Assembly (NCBI GenBank): GCA_905178155.1
Contig: CAJINV010000021.1
Coordinates: forward strand, 1-41,315
Source: Amoebophrya sp. A120
Lineage: Eukaryota; Protista; Dinoflagellata
Direction of reading: 5' to 3'
Length of the DNA: 41,315 bases
Notes under the pieces: model-generated
The model's input: the letters and a program-made list of their open reading frames with translations, nothing else
Told to the model about the DNA's origin: nothing
Database searches by the model: none
Shown: one piece after another, positions 1-10,098 of the stretch
How positions within the stretch are numbered: position 1 is the stretch's first letter
Layout: each line of letters begins with the position of its first letter
Position numbers and translations under genes: made by a program

Positions 1-750
1 AAGCAGGGGTGGGAAGACAGAGGCTTGTATGCCTGCAACCCGGCTTTCGGGTTGCTTTGCAAAACTGCATTCCCGGTCTGTTTCCTGGGATGCAAATGAC
101 GCGGGGGCCAGATCTGCAGCCCAGTATGCAGGGGCGGGAAGGCAGAAACTTTTATGCCGGACAGCCTTTGAAACCACGCGCCGCCGGGCCGCGTGCATGG
201 ATCCTGCGGGGGGTAGCCTCCTTATCCCGCCGGGAGGGGGCTGGGATGAAAAAGCCTACGACGCCCCCGGGGGGGTCTCGCACGATGTGTACCAGCTCGG
301 CCCGTTGTGTGTTGAGACACCTTGCGGGGGAGCGTGCCTGCAGCGGCGAACTCGAGGCAAAAAGCCTCCGCGGCCCTGCAGGGTTTCCCGACTTCCCAGG
401 AAGGCAGGCAACTGGCGGCCGAGCCGCCTGGCCGGCTCGCTGATTCCGCAGGGGGGCGACATCGATCCCCCTCGCTGGGGCAGGGGCGTGCCGACCTCCC
501 CACCAGGGGCATCCCCTGTGGGGCGCGGCCGTTTTGTCGTGGGGCCCCGGTGTCTCCCCCCTAGTGTCTACCGCCACCGGCGCAGTTTACCTATTCGTTT
601 GCCGGCCGCGCTGCGCCGCCTGGCCCCGCCCTTGCCTTTCGCGCGGGGCTTTTCTGTGTGAGCGCATGTGCCGCTCCGTTGCTTGTTCAGGGGGCCGTCC
701 ACACCAGGCGCGACGGCCACCATGGCGCCGGCCGAGCGGCGGCCAGGTCT
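1..750. repeat. GC-rich non-coding, probably repetitive segment at the window start
   Basis: Much more GC-rich than the DNA that follows; only low-quality ORFs. Imperfect direct repeat (1-33 vs 127-158, gcagggg.gggaag.caga..ctt.tatgcc) and hairpin gcaacccg-gcttt-cgggttgc at about 35-55. Confidence 0.4.
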
Positions 751-1341
751 AGTAATTACCTTTGTAATGTTGCAAAAAAGTGGCACTTCGCCTTGGCGAC
801 GGTGACCTTTGGTTGTCGCTGCTGCCATGTTTGACGCCTAGTACAACGTGTTCGTTCAGGAGAAAACAATCTGAGAGAGATGATTCCCGCTCGCGCTGAT
901 TGAAGCGGTAGATGAGCATAGAAGTGATGAATTCTTCTACTTCATCGACACTGAGAGACAAATCTTTTTGCTGCAGCTCCTTGAGAGGGTGTACTGTAGT
1001 TCTCTGTCCTGTTTTTACCATTTTTGCATTTGGAATCCTTTAAAGTTTTGAGATGTTGTCACAATAGTTCCATCTTCTAAAAGTTGGAGAGTCGACAACC
1101 ACAACATCAATCTGCATCGGTTGTCAATAGATTTGTGATATGATTCAGGAGGACCTCTCTGTTCGAAGCCCGGACCGCTTTGTGAAATAAATTCAAATGA
1201 ACAAAAGACATACAAGATATACGAAACTTCATCGCACGTATGGCTTGTTGTGCTCGGCCACCTCGGCACGACTCCAGTGAAGTTGTTGATGAACAAAGTG
1301 CAGCTGCTGTAACGCACCCACACAGAAGTACTAAATCAATC

Positions 1342-4300
1342 ATGTCCAAGCACCAGCTGCAGATGTTCGATGAGGTGGTCGCAAAGTTCCCCTCCTACCG
1401 GGGCCGCGACGATAACCCCTGGTTCTCCGGCACCGTGCTTGGCGTGAACCAGGACGAAGACACGTGCAAAGTGCAGTTCTGCGACGGGGACATTGGGGAA
1501 GGCGTGAAGCCGAGCGAGGTTCTCTACTGCCCCTCGGGTCGCGCGGACGACTACGGCAAGGGGGACAAGCGGGGCGAGAAACCGGCGGACGCACAGGAAG
1601 TCCTGATCGGCGACGAGGAGGGGGAGGAGGAAGTTATCCTGTGGAAAAACGTGGTTCTACCCACTCGTGCTTTGCAAATCCAATCGTTTTTACGCATCAC
1701 AAATTTAGCCACATAGTACTACAATTGTGATGAGCTGGCATGATAGGCCTACCTATCGGGTAAATAGGACGTTTCTGTACAGGATAGGCTTCGGTTTTGA
1801 CGAGTTGTTCGCGAAATATGAGGAAGACGCTGAGAAGGTTTTGGCCATGACGGGTTGCAGGTTTTTGTTGGCGAAGGGGCATGCCGAGTGGCCGCCGGTG
1901 AAGAAGGCGCAGATCATCCGAGCCATGCAGGACGCCTGCGAATATTACAACAAGTATTTTTTCTACAGATTTGATATAGTCGGATTTGGAGATTAATTCC
2001 TATACCGAGGACACTGTGAATAACTTGCGATATCGGAATTTCGAATTCTCTCCAGACGAACTACGCCTTGTCCTACCTCCTAGCAACTTGTTGAAAGAAA
2101 ACATCCGAAGAAGAAGCTGCATGCGGAAGAAGGTCATATTAGCAACAAGACTACTAGATCAACCACTCCACTCTAGATATTCCTCCTTCGACCGCCTGAT
2201 GACGGCCCATTTCGACCCGGAGTGTGGCACCGCCTGCGCCGGTCCGCACGGGCACATCCGGTTTGGGGGCGCGCTGAATTTCTCGGGCGGCGCGCACAGG
2301 GCCATCACAAGAGTGGCCATGCACGAGATTTCGCACGTGTTCGGCGTTGGTTTGCACGGCGGGTGGCGCGGAAACATGGAAAAGCAGGGCCCGAACCACG
2401 AGAAGTTTGGCGGCCAGGGGATTTGGACCGGACCGCACGGGTGTGCCGTGTATGACAAGTGGAAGGCGAAGAATGCGAAAGTGCTGGAGGCGGGCTGCCC
2501 CGAGGAAATCGACGCGATCTACTCGGTATGGATTGCAAATATGTCTGGGTCTGGAAGAATGCAAACTTGTGTTGCGCATTTCAGATCACAGAAAAATCTC
2601 TCAAGCAGAGGTAGCAAAAGCTGCCCACTTTCTGTCACCAAAGTGGGGGATTTGTCATGCGGATTCGGCATTGCGGAAGCTTCTCGCGACCTGTGATGCC
2701 AGAGCTTCCATGCCAGACCTTCTGTGTCATGCAAAAACAGCATGACTCTCCCAGACCCAGACACTTTTGCAATCCATATTCGGACGGCCTGCACTTCTGG
2801 CCGGGCGGGTTCGCCTACTGCAAGGAGTGGCGGGAGGAGGACGACGTGCAGTTTCACATCGAAATGGTGGCTGCGATGAAGAAGGACTGTGACGAGTTGG
2901 CCGGGGCGCTGCACCCGAGCATGAAGCGGACGTTGTTGAAGCGGGGCATTTACTTCTTCCTCCTCGGGAAGAGCGATACCGTTTGCTGGAGCCAGTCCAC
3001 GTCCCGGAGCAAGATGCGGTGCGACGAAGCGTGGGCGCGTGCGGACGCTAGCGCGGTCGCGAAGTACATCGAACACCGCAAGGCGCACATGATGCCGCCC
3101 GACTTCACGCACATTCAACAGCTGGACGAGCTGGAGTCCGCGGACGTCGAGAAGAACACGGCAACTACTGACGCAGCGGGGGCGAATATCGAAGAAAAAA
3201 ACTGTGTAAGTGTAACTTTTTTGCAGGAACAGCATCACAGATTTGTTTTCCATGACAGAAAACTTGTCATGCGTAGCTAGTATGCTAAAACACGTACTAA
3301 AATAGCCTCTGATGCATATCCGGCATGACAAGTGTAACTGTATTGCAACATCTGCAAGACAAAGCTACACTTACACAGTTTTTTTCTTGCATAGCGAACG
3401 AGGAGGAGGACGAGAGCGAGGAGTTTGTGTTGTCGTATTACAACTCCTGCGACCGCTATCACAGGAAAAAAGTCTTTCACTGTAAGGATTTTGCAACTTT
3501 TGCATCACAAGTTTGTTCCGCATGACAGAGAAAATTTGCCATGCAAGCTTCCTAAGGGAAAACACAGCTAAAAATCCACTTTCTTGCATGTGTAGCAAGT
3601 CAAATGCTTCTGTGTTCCATTTTATGCGTAACAAGTTTACAGTGAAACAGTTTTTTCTTGCGATAATCGCGTGTGGGTCGCGAACGCGGAGGTCGGGGGC
3701 AAATTGAAAATCATCGAGGCGACGTGGGGCAGCTCCGCGGCGGCGGCGGTCGTGTCGACGGATCAGGTGCAAAGCAAAGTGGCTGATGGAGGGGGTCTAT
3801 CAAATGCAAAAATGTCTGGGTCTGGAAGGCTGGAACTTGTCATGCTGTGTTTGGATTCTAAAAAAATTTGCATTGCATGACCAGCAAGAGGGGTCGGGTT
3901 TGTCCTAAGCGGAGAGGGCATTTCTCATGCGGGGTACGCATTAGGAAGCCCTCTAAAAATCTGTGATGCTAGACCATGCATGAACGGCGTCATGGATCAT
4001 ACAGGATCTGCATGACAAACCTGGCAGTCTTCCAGACCCAGACATTTTTGCATTTGATAGGGTCTTGGGATTGGGGATTTTCTGACGTTCGGGGAAACAG
4101 CCCCGATCCACAGCGACGAGGCGCTCGGCGATCCAGAGCCGGGCGTTTCAAAAATATTAAGTGCAAAAATGTCTGGGTCTGGAAGGATGTAACCTGTGAT
4201 GCGCATTTCGGAACACACAAAAATCTCTCATGCATAGGTAGCAAAAGCTGCTCACTTTCTGTCACAAAGGTGGGGGATTTGTCATGCGGGTTTGGCATTG

Positions 4301-4756
4301 CGGAAGCTTGTCGAAACCTGTGATGCTAGAGCTTCCATGCCAGACCTTCTGTGTCATGCAGAAACAGCATGACTGTTCAGTTCCAGACCCAGACACTTTT
4401 ACATTTGATACAAAATGTTCAAGTGCATCTTTTCGGACGGGGTCCCCGGACAGCCCGGGAGCTTTTTCGTGCAGTACCGCGACAAGAAAACCATTGACGC
4501 GAGCTGGGCCGGAAACCAGCCGAACTCCGCAGGGCCGGTGGACATCGCGCACCGGGGGCGGGAGTTGTGGGTCGAGAAAGCGACGTGGGGGCCGAACGAC
4601 GCTTGGCAGTCGAATTCCGACGTCACGGAGAAGGTGAGGGCGATGGTCGACGGGGCCGGGCGGTTGTGGACGCAGGGGATTTCGATCGCGGAGCTGCTGC
4701 CGGACCCCGCGGAGGGGGAATTCAAAATCTTCACCGTGAGTATCTTGTTGGAATAA
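1342..4756 (+). CDS. Gene 1, about 607 aa: N-terminal Tudor-like domain, HEXXH zinc metallopeptidase-like domain, two C-terminal lectin-like (SUEL/DUF3395-like) repeats. Exons 1342-1634, 1792-1953, 2177-2526, 2784-3186, 3399-3456, 3671-3797, 4065-4154, 4416-4756
   Basis: The joined exons total 1824 nt and form one open frame. Motifs: WFSGTV...CKVQFCDGD; GHIRFGG...RVAMHEISHVFGVG (HEISH at 2322-2336)...WTG...HFWPGG...EW...HIEMVAAM; IIEATWG...LGDPEPGVSK and VEKATWG...DVTEKV...LPDPAEGEFK. Junctions at TIR introns are uncertain by a few nt, and a further intron near 4735 (gtgagt) is possible. Confidence 0.8.
1635..1786. mobile_element. TIR intron element E1 (152 bp, degenerate)
   Basis: tatcctgtggaaaaacgt ... 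acgtttctgtacaggata (15/18 inverted match). Flanks gaagt/ggctt are barely similar. Removing 157 nt restores the frame (EEEV|GFDELF); the nearby GT-AG options (150 or 155 nt) do not. Confidence 0.65.
1954..2176 (+). other. Canonical GT-AG intron of gene 1 (223 nt)
   Basis: aacaa|gtattt...ctctag|atat; restores the frame as YYNKYSSFDR. Confidence 0.8.
2527..2778. mobile_element. TIR intron element E3 (252 bp, family A, 'tgtctgggtctgg' TIR)
   Basis: 28-bp TIR tatggattgcaaa..tgtctgggtctgg with 2 mismatches; flanks ctcgg/ttcgg; removing 257 nt gives IYS|DGLHFWP. Confidence 0.9.
3187..3393. mobile_element. TIR intron element E4 (207 bp, family B, 'aagaaaaaaac' TIR)
   Basis: 28-bp TIR tat..aagaaaaaaactgtgtaagtgta; perfect gcgaa direct repeat; removing 212 nt restores the frame (AGA|NEEEDE). 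Confidence 0.9.
3457..3665. mobile_element. TIR intron element E5 (209 bp, family B-like)
   Basis: 29-bp imperfect TIR tatc.ca.gaaaaaa.t.tttcactgtaa; flanks accgc/atcgc; removing 214 nt gives SCDR|VWVAN. Confidence 0.88.
3798..4059. mobile_element. TIR intron element E6 (262 bp, family A)
   Basis: Perfect 31-bp TIR tatcaaatgcaaaaatgtctgggtctggaag; perfect gggtc direct repeat; removing 267 nt gives GGGLGIGDFL...LGDPEPGVSK. Confidence 0.92.
4155..4410. mobile_element. TIR intron element E7 (256 bp, family A, close paralogue of E3)
   Basis: 30-bp imperfect TIR; flanks aaaaa/caaaa; interior is collinear with E3; removing 261 nt gives GVSK|MFKCIF. Confidence 0.9.
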
Positions 4757-5889
4757 AATGTACTCTGGAACCCAGACTTAGCATGCTCATCTTGCGTGTG
4801 CAGACAAGTACAATTCAGTGCGGCTCTCAACATGCAGTTATTTGGTTGGGTGCGATTGCCACTGCATCATTTGAGACACTGACTCTCTAAAAGTCCGGAT
4901 CACGAAGCCGTTTTTTCGTGATGCGGATAGATTACCTGATCACGACTACACTGCCTGCCGAGTCATGTTGTCATGCAGAGGTCGCAACAGGAACACTTCT
5001 GGACCTGGACCTCCCCAGCACTAGGAAAGTGCATCTTTTCTCTGGGTCGTGGCTGTTTTCAAACAGGATACTCGAGTTCACGTGCTTATAAGAGTGGGCC
5101 AGACGTCGACCACACCAGTCACCATGAAGAAAGGCCTAAAGAGAACGGAAAGTCTACTCAAGATGAACATTGTGTATGATAATCGCCACATTCAAGAAGA
5201 AGAAAGTGATAGAGTTTACCAAAATGTACTTTTTCAAAGGCATCCTATGGCTCTGCCGTTGGCAGATCAAGAGCGTGATGAAGATGATAATACACCTGTT
5301 TCACGTTTGATATCACGCAATTCTATTTCACCACGACGCATATTTAAAGGTATAGTCACGCGACGCGATATTTCCTTTAGGCGCTACCGCTATTAGTGGA
5401 ACTGTGCAAGATGTTGTTCCACAAGATACAGGTGAAGGGTTCAATGCGGGGCAATTCTTTACTGCAAGTCACAAAGATCGTGATCGCAAAGTAGGTGCGA
5501 GACGCTTTGCGGACGCACGCGTGCTCGCGTGAGAGAGAAAAGTGAGGGACAAAAAGTAAAGTCAAACTTTGTTGCAGATGCGCTGTCCAAATTTTTCCCA
5601 CTTCCTTTGTGGCTGCTCGTGCATGCTGGGCCCAATATTTTGATCATGGAGAGACGAACAAATGAAAAAGAGGCCATGCGAGAAAAGGGGCAGGATTGCT
5701 GTCGTATCCGCGATGACGTTTTCTAGAATCAAGACTGGTGTCTCTACACGTCGGACGCATTCTTCTGGTTGTGGAGAGCAGCGAAAACTTTTGCCGCTAC
5801 TCGAAAGGTGCATGATGTCATTTAACTAGTTCAGACCGCAGCTTGCACCTCGTTCGTCTTTTGTCGTGCGCCTTCCCGATAAGTAAATC

Positions 5890-7923
5890 ATGTTCAACAT
5901 CGAGCCTCCTCCGTGCGAAAGCGACAAAGCGACCGCATCTGCGGCGTCGCCGCGGCTACCTACACTTCTAGAAACCGGTACCGACACAGCTCCCAGTCCC
6001 ACACGTGGCCACTCACCGCTATCGCAGAGATCAACTTTGCACCACGGTGAGAGGTTCGCAGCTCGCAGTTTTGCCACCCAACGCGAGGACTGCTGCAGTA
6101 GTAGGTCTCCTGCTGCGAAAATCACGGAGGAGCGGAAGCAGCCACTCTACAAGGCCTCTCTAGAACCGCGGGGTCATCGCTGCTCGGAGCAAAGTGCCGT
6201 CGAAAAGCATGGGTTGCTTTTGCGAACCGTCTCAGCGCAAGCGGATAGAGGTAGCACACTACAGACAACCGTGTGGTCAGGACCCGGAGCTGCAGCAACA
6301 GCGGGAGGTGATGGCTTTGGGCGGTTGAGCCGTACTACGCAGGTAGATGACCCAGAATCTTCTGCAGAAGGCGACGACGACACGCTCACTGCCGCTGCTA
6401 CCTTCGAATCGATTGCAAAACGCAGATTCACGTGGCAGTACGAGGGGCAGACGTTTGATGTGCGGGCTACTTGTGCGGAGAAAGAGAAACTACTGGGCAG
6501 CACAACTAGTTGTACTGCAGAGGAAAGCCAGTTTTCGACTTCCACCATGTGGTCAACATTTTCAGCAAAGCCCTTCCCTTCTGCCTTGACCCTTTTCCGC
6601 ACACGCATGGGCAGGAGGCGAACGACGATTACGCGTGTGCAGATAAGTTTTAGCCCAGACAGCGTCAACGACTTCGTCAATCGAAATACCGCCGTCCGCA
6701 GACCACGCACTTCTAATGCCTCTCGAGGTGCGAAGACTACCAGGAATAGCGGCACCGAGGTTTTCAGGCACAAGGTAAGTAGATCCATGGAAAATTACAA
6801 TTCCTCTTACATGATGAAGATTAAGCACCACGTTGGACGGCGCAGCAACACAATTTTGGTTAAGAGGAGATCGTCGGTGGAAAAGCGACTGAGTTCATCA
6901 TCGGCTTGTGTAAACACAACATTTGTTTCAACAACATCATCACCGAAAAAACGCTTCTCCGACGCCGTGAATTTGACACCGGACTATCAGCACCGCGTTT
7001 ATTTCAAAAACATTCTGCAATGCAGCGGCGCCGCGGTGTTTGGGTCTGCACAACAAACGAGAAATCGTATTCAGCCCGCCCACGAACAGACCGGCTGCAG
7101 CACCCGCGTGTTGTACGACGAGGTGCACTACCAGGCCGTTGCGCAGTTAGAAAAGGACGCGAAAGTTCTCTCCCCGGGCTTTCTCATCGACTTCTGTTTG
7201 CTCTGTCTCGGGCTCTACAGCTTTTTATCAGCTGCAACACCATCTTCTTTTCCTGGAAATAATGGGTACACGAACAAGATTGGCAACGGGAACATCCACT
7301 ACCCTGATCACTGCGGCGATGCGGGTTTCGTGATCATGCGAGGCGGAACTACTACAGGTATGATGAGTGCAGCCGCAGGACGAGAGCATAGCACCGGCGG
7401 TTTCTCTACCAAACTCTCCGAACAGCCCCGCATCACATCAACAACACATTGTACTACTCCGCTATCCGTGGCACAAGTTGCAGCTGTTTCAGTTCCGCAT
7501 ACATTGCACGACACATTTGCGGCTGCCTTGTACACGTTCTTGCTTGAGCTTTTCGTGTATGCGGCTTCCTTCCTTCTCGTGCCGACTTCTTATTTCCCCT
7601 GCGCCGTTCATGGATCGACGAGTTGGCGGAGGGTCGCGCACGTCGGCACGTGGTTCCTCTTCTGTCGCAATGTGAAGGAATCGGTCGTGATGCAGCGTGA
7701 AGTTGTGAATACAGGTGGAGGTTTAGGAACGGTGGTTTTGACGATTGGCGTGTTTTTTGGAATTTTGAGTTCTTTGCAGCCCACCGCGGGAGTTGATGAG
7801 GGGCAAGGACAACTTTTGAGAAGCCACCGGAGCGTCCGGATGTACTTACTCTTTCTGGCTTTTTGTAACACGTTGATGGCTGTATTTGGAAGCCCATTTA
7901 TTTTTTTCGAAAGTTTCAACTGA
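5890..7923 (+). CDS. Gene 2, 677 aa hypothetical protein: S/T/R-rich N-terminal half and several C-terminal hydrophobic (TM-like) segments
   Basis: Uninterrupted 2 kb ORF with an ATG start. Hydrophobic stretches FLIDFCLLCLGLYSFLSA, AALYTFLLELFVYAASFLLV, LGTVVLTIGVFFGILSSL, MYLLFLAFCNTLMAVFGSPFIFF. Confidence 0.7.
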   Translation: MFNIEPPPCESDKATASAASPRLPTLLETGTDTAPSPTRGHSPLSQRSTLHHGERFAARSFATQREDCCSSRSPAAKITEERKQPLYKASLEPRGHRCSEQSAVEKHGLLLRTVSAQADRGSTLQTTVWSGPGAAATAGGDGFGRLSRTTQVDDPESSAEGDDDTLTAAATFESIAKRRFTWQYEGQTFDVRATCAEKEKLLGSTTSCTAEESQFSTSTMWSTFSAKPFPSALTLFRTRMGRRRTTITRVQISFSPDSVNDFVNRNTAVRRPRTSNASRGAKTTRNSGTEVFRHKVSRSMENYNSSYMMKIKHHVGRRSNTILVKRRSSVEKRLSSSSACVNTTFVSTTSSPKKRFSDAVNLTPDYQHRVYFKNILQCSGAAVFGSAQQTRNRIQPAHEQTGCSTRVLYDEVHYQAVAQLEKDAKVLSPGFLIDFCLLCLGLYSFLSAATPSSFPGNNGYTNKIGNGNIHYPDHCGDAGFVIMRGGTTTGMMSAAAGREHSTGGFSTKLSEQPRITSTTHCTTPLSVAQVAAVSVPHTLHDTFAAALYTFLLELFVYAASFLLVPTSYFPCAVHGSTSWRRVAHVGTWFLFCRNVKESVVMQREVVNTGGGLGTVVLTIGVFFGILSSLQPTAGVDEGQGQLLRSHRSVRMYLLFLAFCNTLMAVFGSPFIFFESFN

Positions 7924-8699
7924 CTAGTTGTAGTGTACGATTTTTGTTTCATCATGACATCAGATTTTCATTTTTCATGCATATTCTTGGTTTTCTAGTA
8001 AACTTGTAAAACGGAAGATACCACATGCACATGAACGCCGACATTTGATATCGAGAACAAGCGAATGACGTTGGCTCTCACGTATGTAGTGACTTTGTGA
8101 AGTTTGACTTTGCATGCCAAAAACTAGAAATTTGGTGGTCAAAGAACACCGACCGGGGGATATTCTTTGTGTAGTGGGTGCTGTGACGCAGATTTGTTTT
8201 TTGTAAAGATGCATACTGTCTGTGTCTGATAACAGTCGTAACATTTCATCGACGAGCCTAGCAGTTCTTTGGTAAGGGCAAAGTTTTCTTGTTGGTTTCA
8301 CGGCCGTGAAACACGGTTACGGTTTGCCTTCTGCTTTTCTGGGCAGAGCGTGTTCTGGTTCTGGACACAGCAAATTGCTCTGTTGAGGCGTCGAAGGGGC
8401 AAAGAGGAGGACTACGAGCGTTAGCAGCAAACTCTTTCTTTCACAAGAGGAAGAGACGTTAGTTGTTGCCGCCCGCCTGCCGACATGATGGAGGAGATCC
8501 TAGAGTAGACGAAACAGGAAGCAAGCGAGGTCATGTTTTTATTGAGGCTTTTCGAGGAGCGTGGCTGAGGATTATCTATCAATCGTGGTTAGTCTGCTCT
8601 TCATCTTAAGGCAGCACAGGTTGATGCCGAATCTCAGTATTTAAGCCTGACAAATTGATTGTTCGCAAGAAAACTAGAAGCGGGAGAGACAAACGTGCT

Positions 8700-9800
8700 C
8701 AAGATGGCAGCGCTTTGGGCTCTCCTCGGCGGCGTGTTGTCATGTCAGTAGTGCAGCCTCATTTCCTGGAGGCTGTGCGGTCGCGCCGCGGAGTGGCTAT
8801 GGCGATCGTGGCGACTCGCCGCCCACTGTGGAGTACGAGTGCGGCGGAGTTCGCGACCTGTCGCCGAATCCGGGGGGGCGTCGCATTTCAGCGACGCGGG
8901 GGCGGCGGCCCGCGTGCGCGCGGGCGGAGATGGGCGGGCAGTGGCAATCAAAGAGATGTCGAAAAGCGACTCGGCAGCGGTGCGCGAATCTTGGCGCAGC
9001 TTCCCCCGCCTTGGCTCGCGGGCTGGCGCGCTACAAGCAAGGGGGCCGGCCGCCGCATTGCCGGCGTGCCCTTTCCCGACGCGCGGGGACTTGGCCCCGT
9101 CAGCCTATTGCACGCGTCAGGCGGCCCCGGGCCGCCTGGTTCTTTTCCCTGGACAAGAGCCAGCAAGCCGGGGGCAGGGGCCTGCCGGTCAAGCCGGTTT
9201 ATTCTCCGTAGCCTGCCCCTCTACCACAATGGAAACAGCGGACGCGGTAAGATCCCGCAAGGGAGACGCTACAGAGCTGCCCGGGCGAGTCCGCAGGCTT
9301 CCCCAACATCCGGCACGCGCGGGCTTGGCTTGGCCTGTCAGGGCCCGCCAGCCCAGTCGCCCGCGCGGCCCCCTGCTAAAGATCGCCCCGCCCGCGCACT
9401 ATGGCGGAGTTTCTGCCCGGCAGGTCTCGGGGGGTGGTGTGCTTCCTGTGGCGCGCGTGGGGACGGACAGGTCGGCGCCGAAGTGCGCGGCGAGGAGCAG
9501 CCACGCAAGGCAGCCGGGCCCCCGCCTCTTCCCGCCTTGGCGCGCGCGCCACTTTGACACGGGTCTGGTCACTCAAATTTGGCGAAAGGCGCGCGGCCCG
9601 GCGGCAGTCTTCTCCGCATCCCCTGTCGGCGCGCTCGTCACGCGTAAGAAGGCGCGTTGCCCCGCACCGGGGCGCAAGCGGCCTGCCGGCAAGCGCGGTA
9701 GCGCCGCGACTTGTTTTCTCAGGGCAGCCGCCTTGGCGAGTGTTATTGATCAACCAAAAATGGATACATATGGGGCGATGGATCTCTTTCTGTTCGGTCT
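8700..9800. other. GC-rich intergenic island, probably a repeat or non-autonomous element
   Basis: Abrupt rise in GC with overlapping low-complexity ORFs in several frames and no recognisable motif; composition resembles 1-750, about 36020-36660 and the satellite flanks. Confidence 0.35.
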
Positions 9801-10098
9801 TGCGGCACGCCAGCAACATTGCGTCCGGAGATGTATTTAGATAAATAGTGGCAAAACGGCAAGAGCGCACAGTGGTTCCCAAACACCGGCCACCGAAGAG
9901 GGAAGTCTGCTGAATGGACCAAAATTTTCTATCGTAACTAGAAGATGCCAGCAACCGTTTGGCTGTCCTGGAGAGAGGTGTGTTGAATGAGTCTAATAGT
10001 TACGCTGTACTAAACACATCATTTTGGTTGGAAATACAACGCCAAACAGGCTCTAGCACAGCAAAGAAGGCGCAACGCTCAGCCCACGCCGATCCAAG

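Noticed and set aside
749-1349. Minus-strand gene or pseudogene made of three short ORFs
   Set aside because: No recognisable motif or convincing splice path; cannot be supported, though not excluded.
2519-4637. ORFs containing KNVWVWK, FQTQTF or MSGSGR as a repeated protein motif or transposase
   Set aside because: These are translations of the family A TIR (aaaaatgtctgggtctggaa) in different frames; no DDE or other transposase motif was found in the window.
5049-5396. 115-aa ORF between genes 1 and 2
   Set aside because: Short, GTG start, no motif and no clear splice link to its neighbours.
9204-9215. Relic dinoflagellate spliced leader (tccgtagcc)
   Set aside because: Only about 9 nt match; the ATTTTGGCTCAAG part is absent.
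8655-9840. 300-aa and 333-aa ORFs as genes
   Set aside because: Overlapping frames in very GC-rich DNA, R/G/A/P-biased, non-ATG starts, no recognisable domain.
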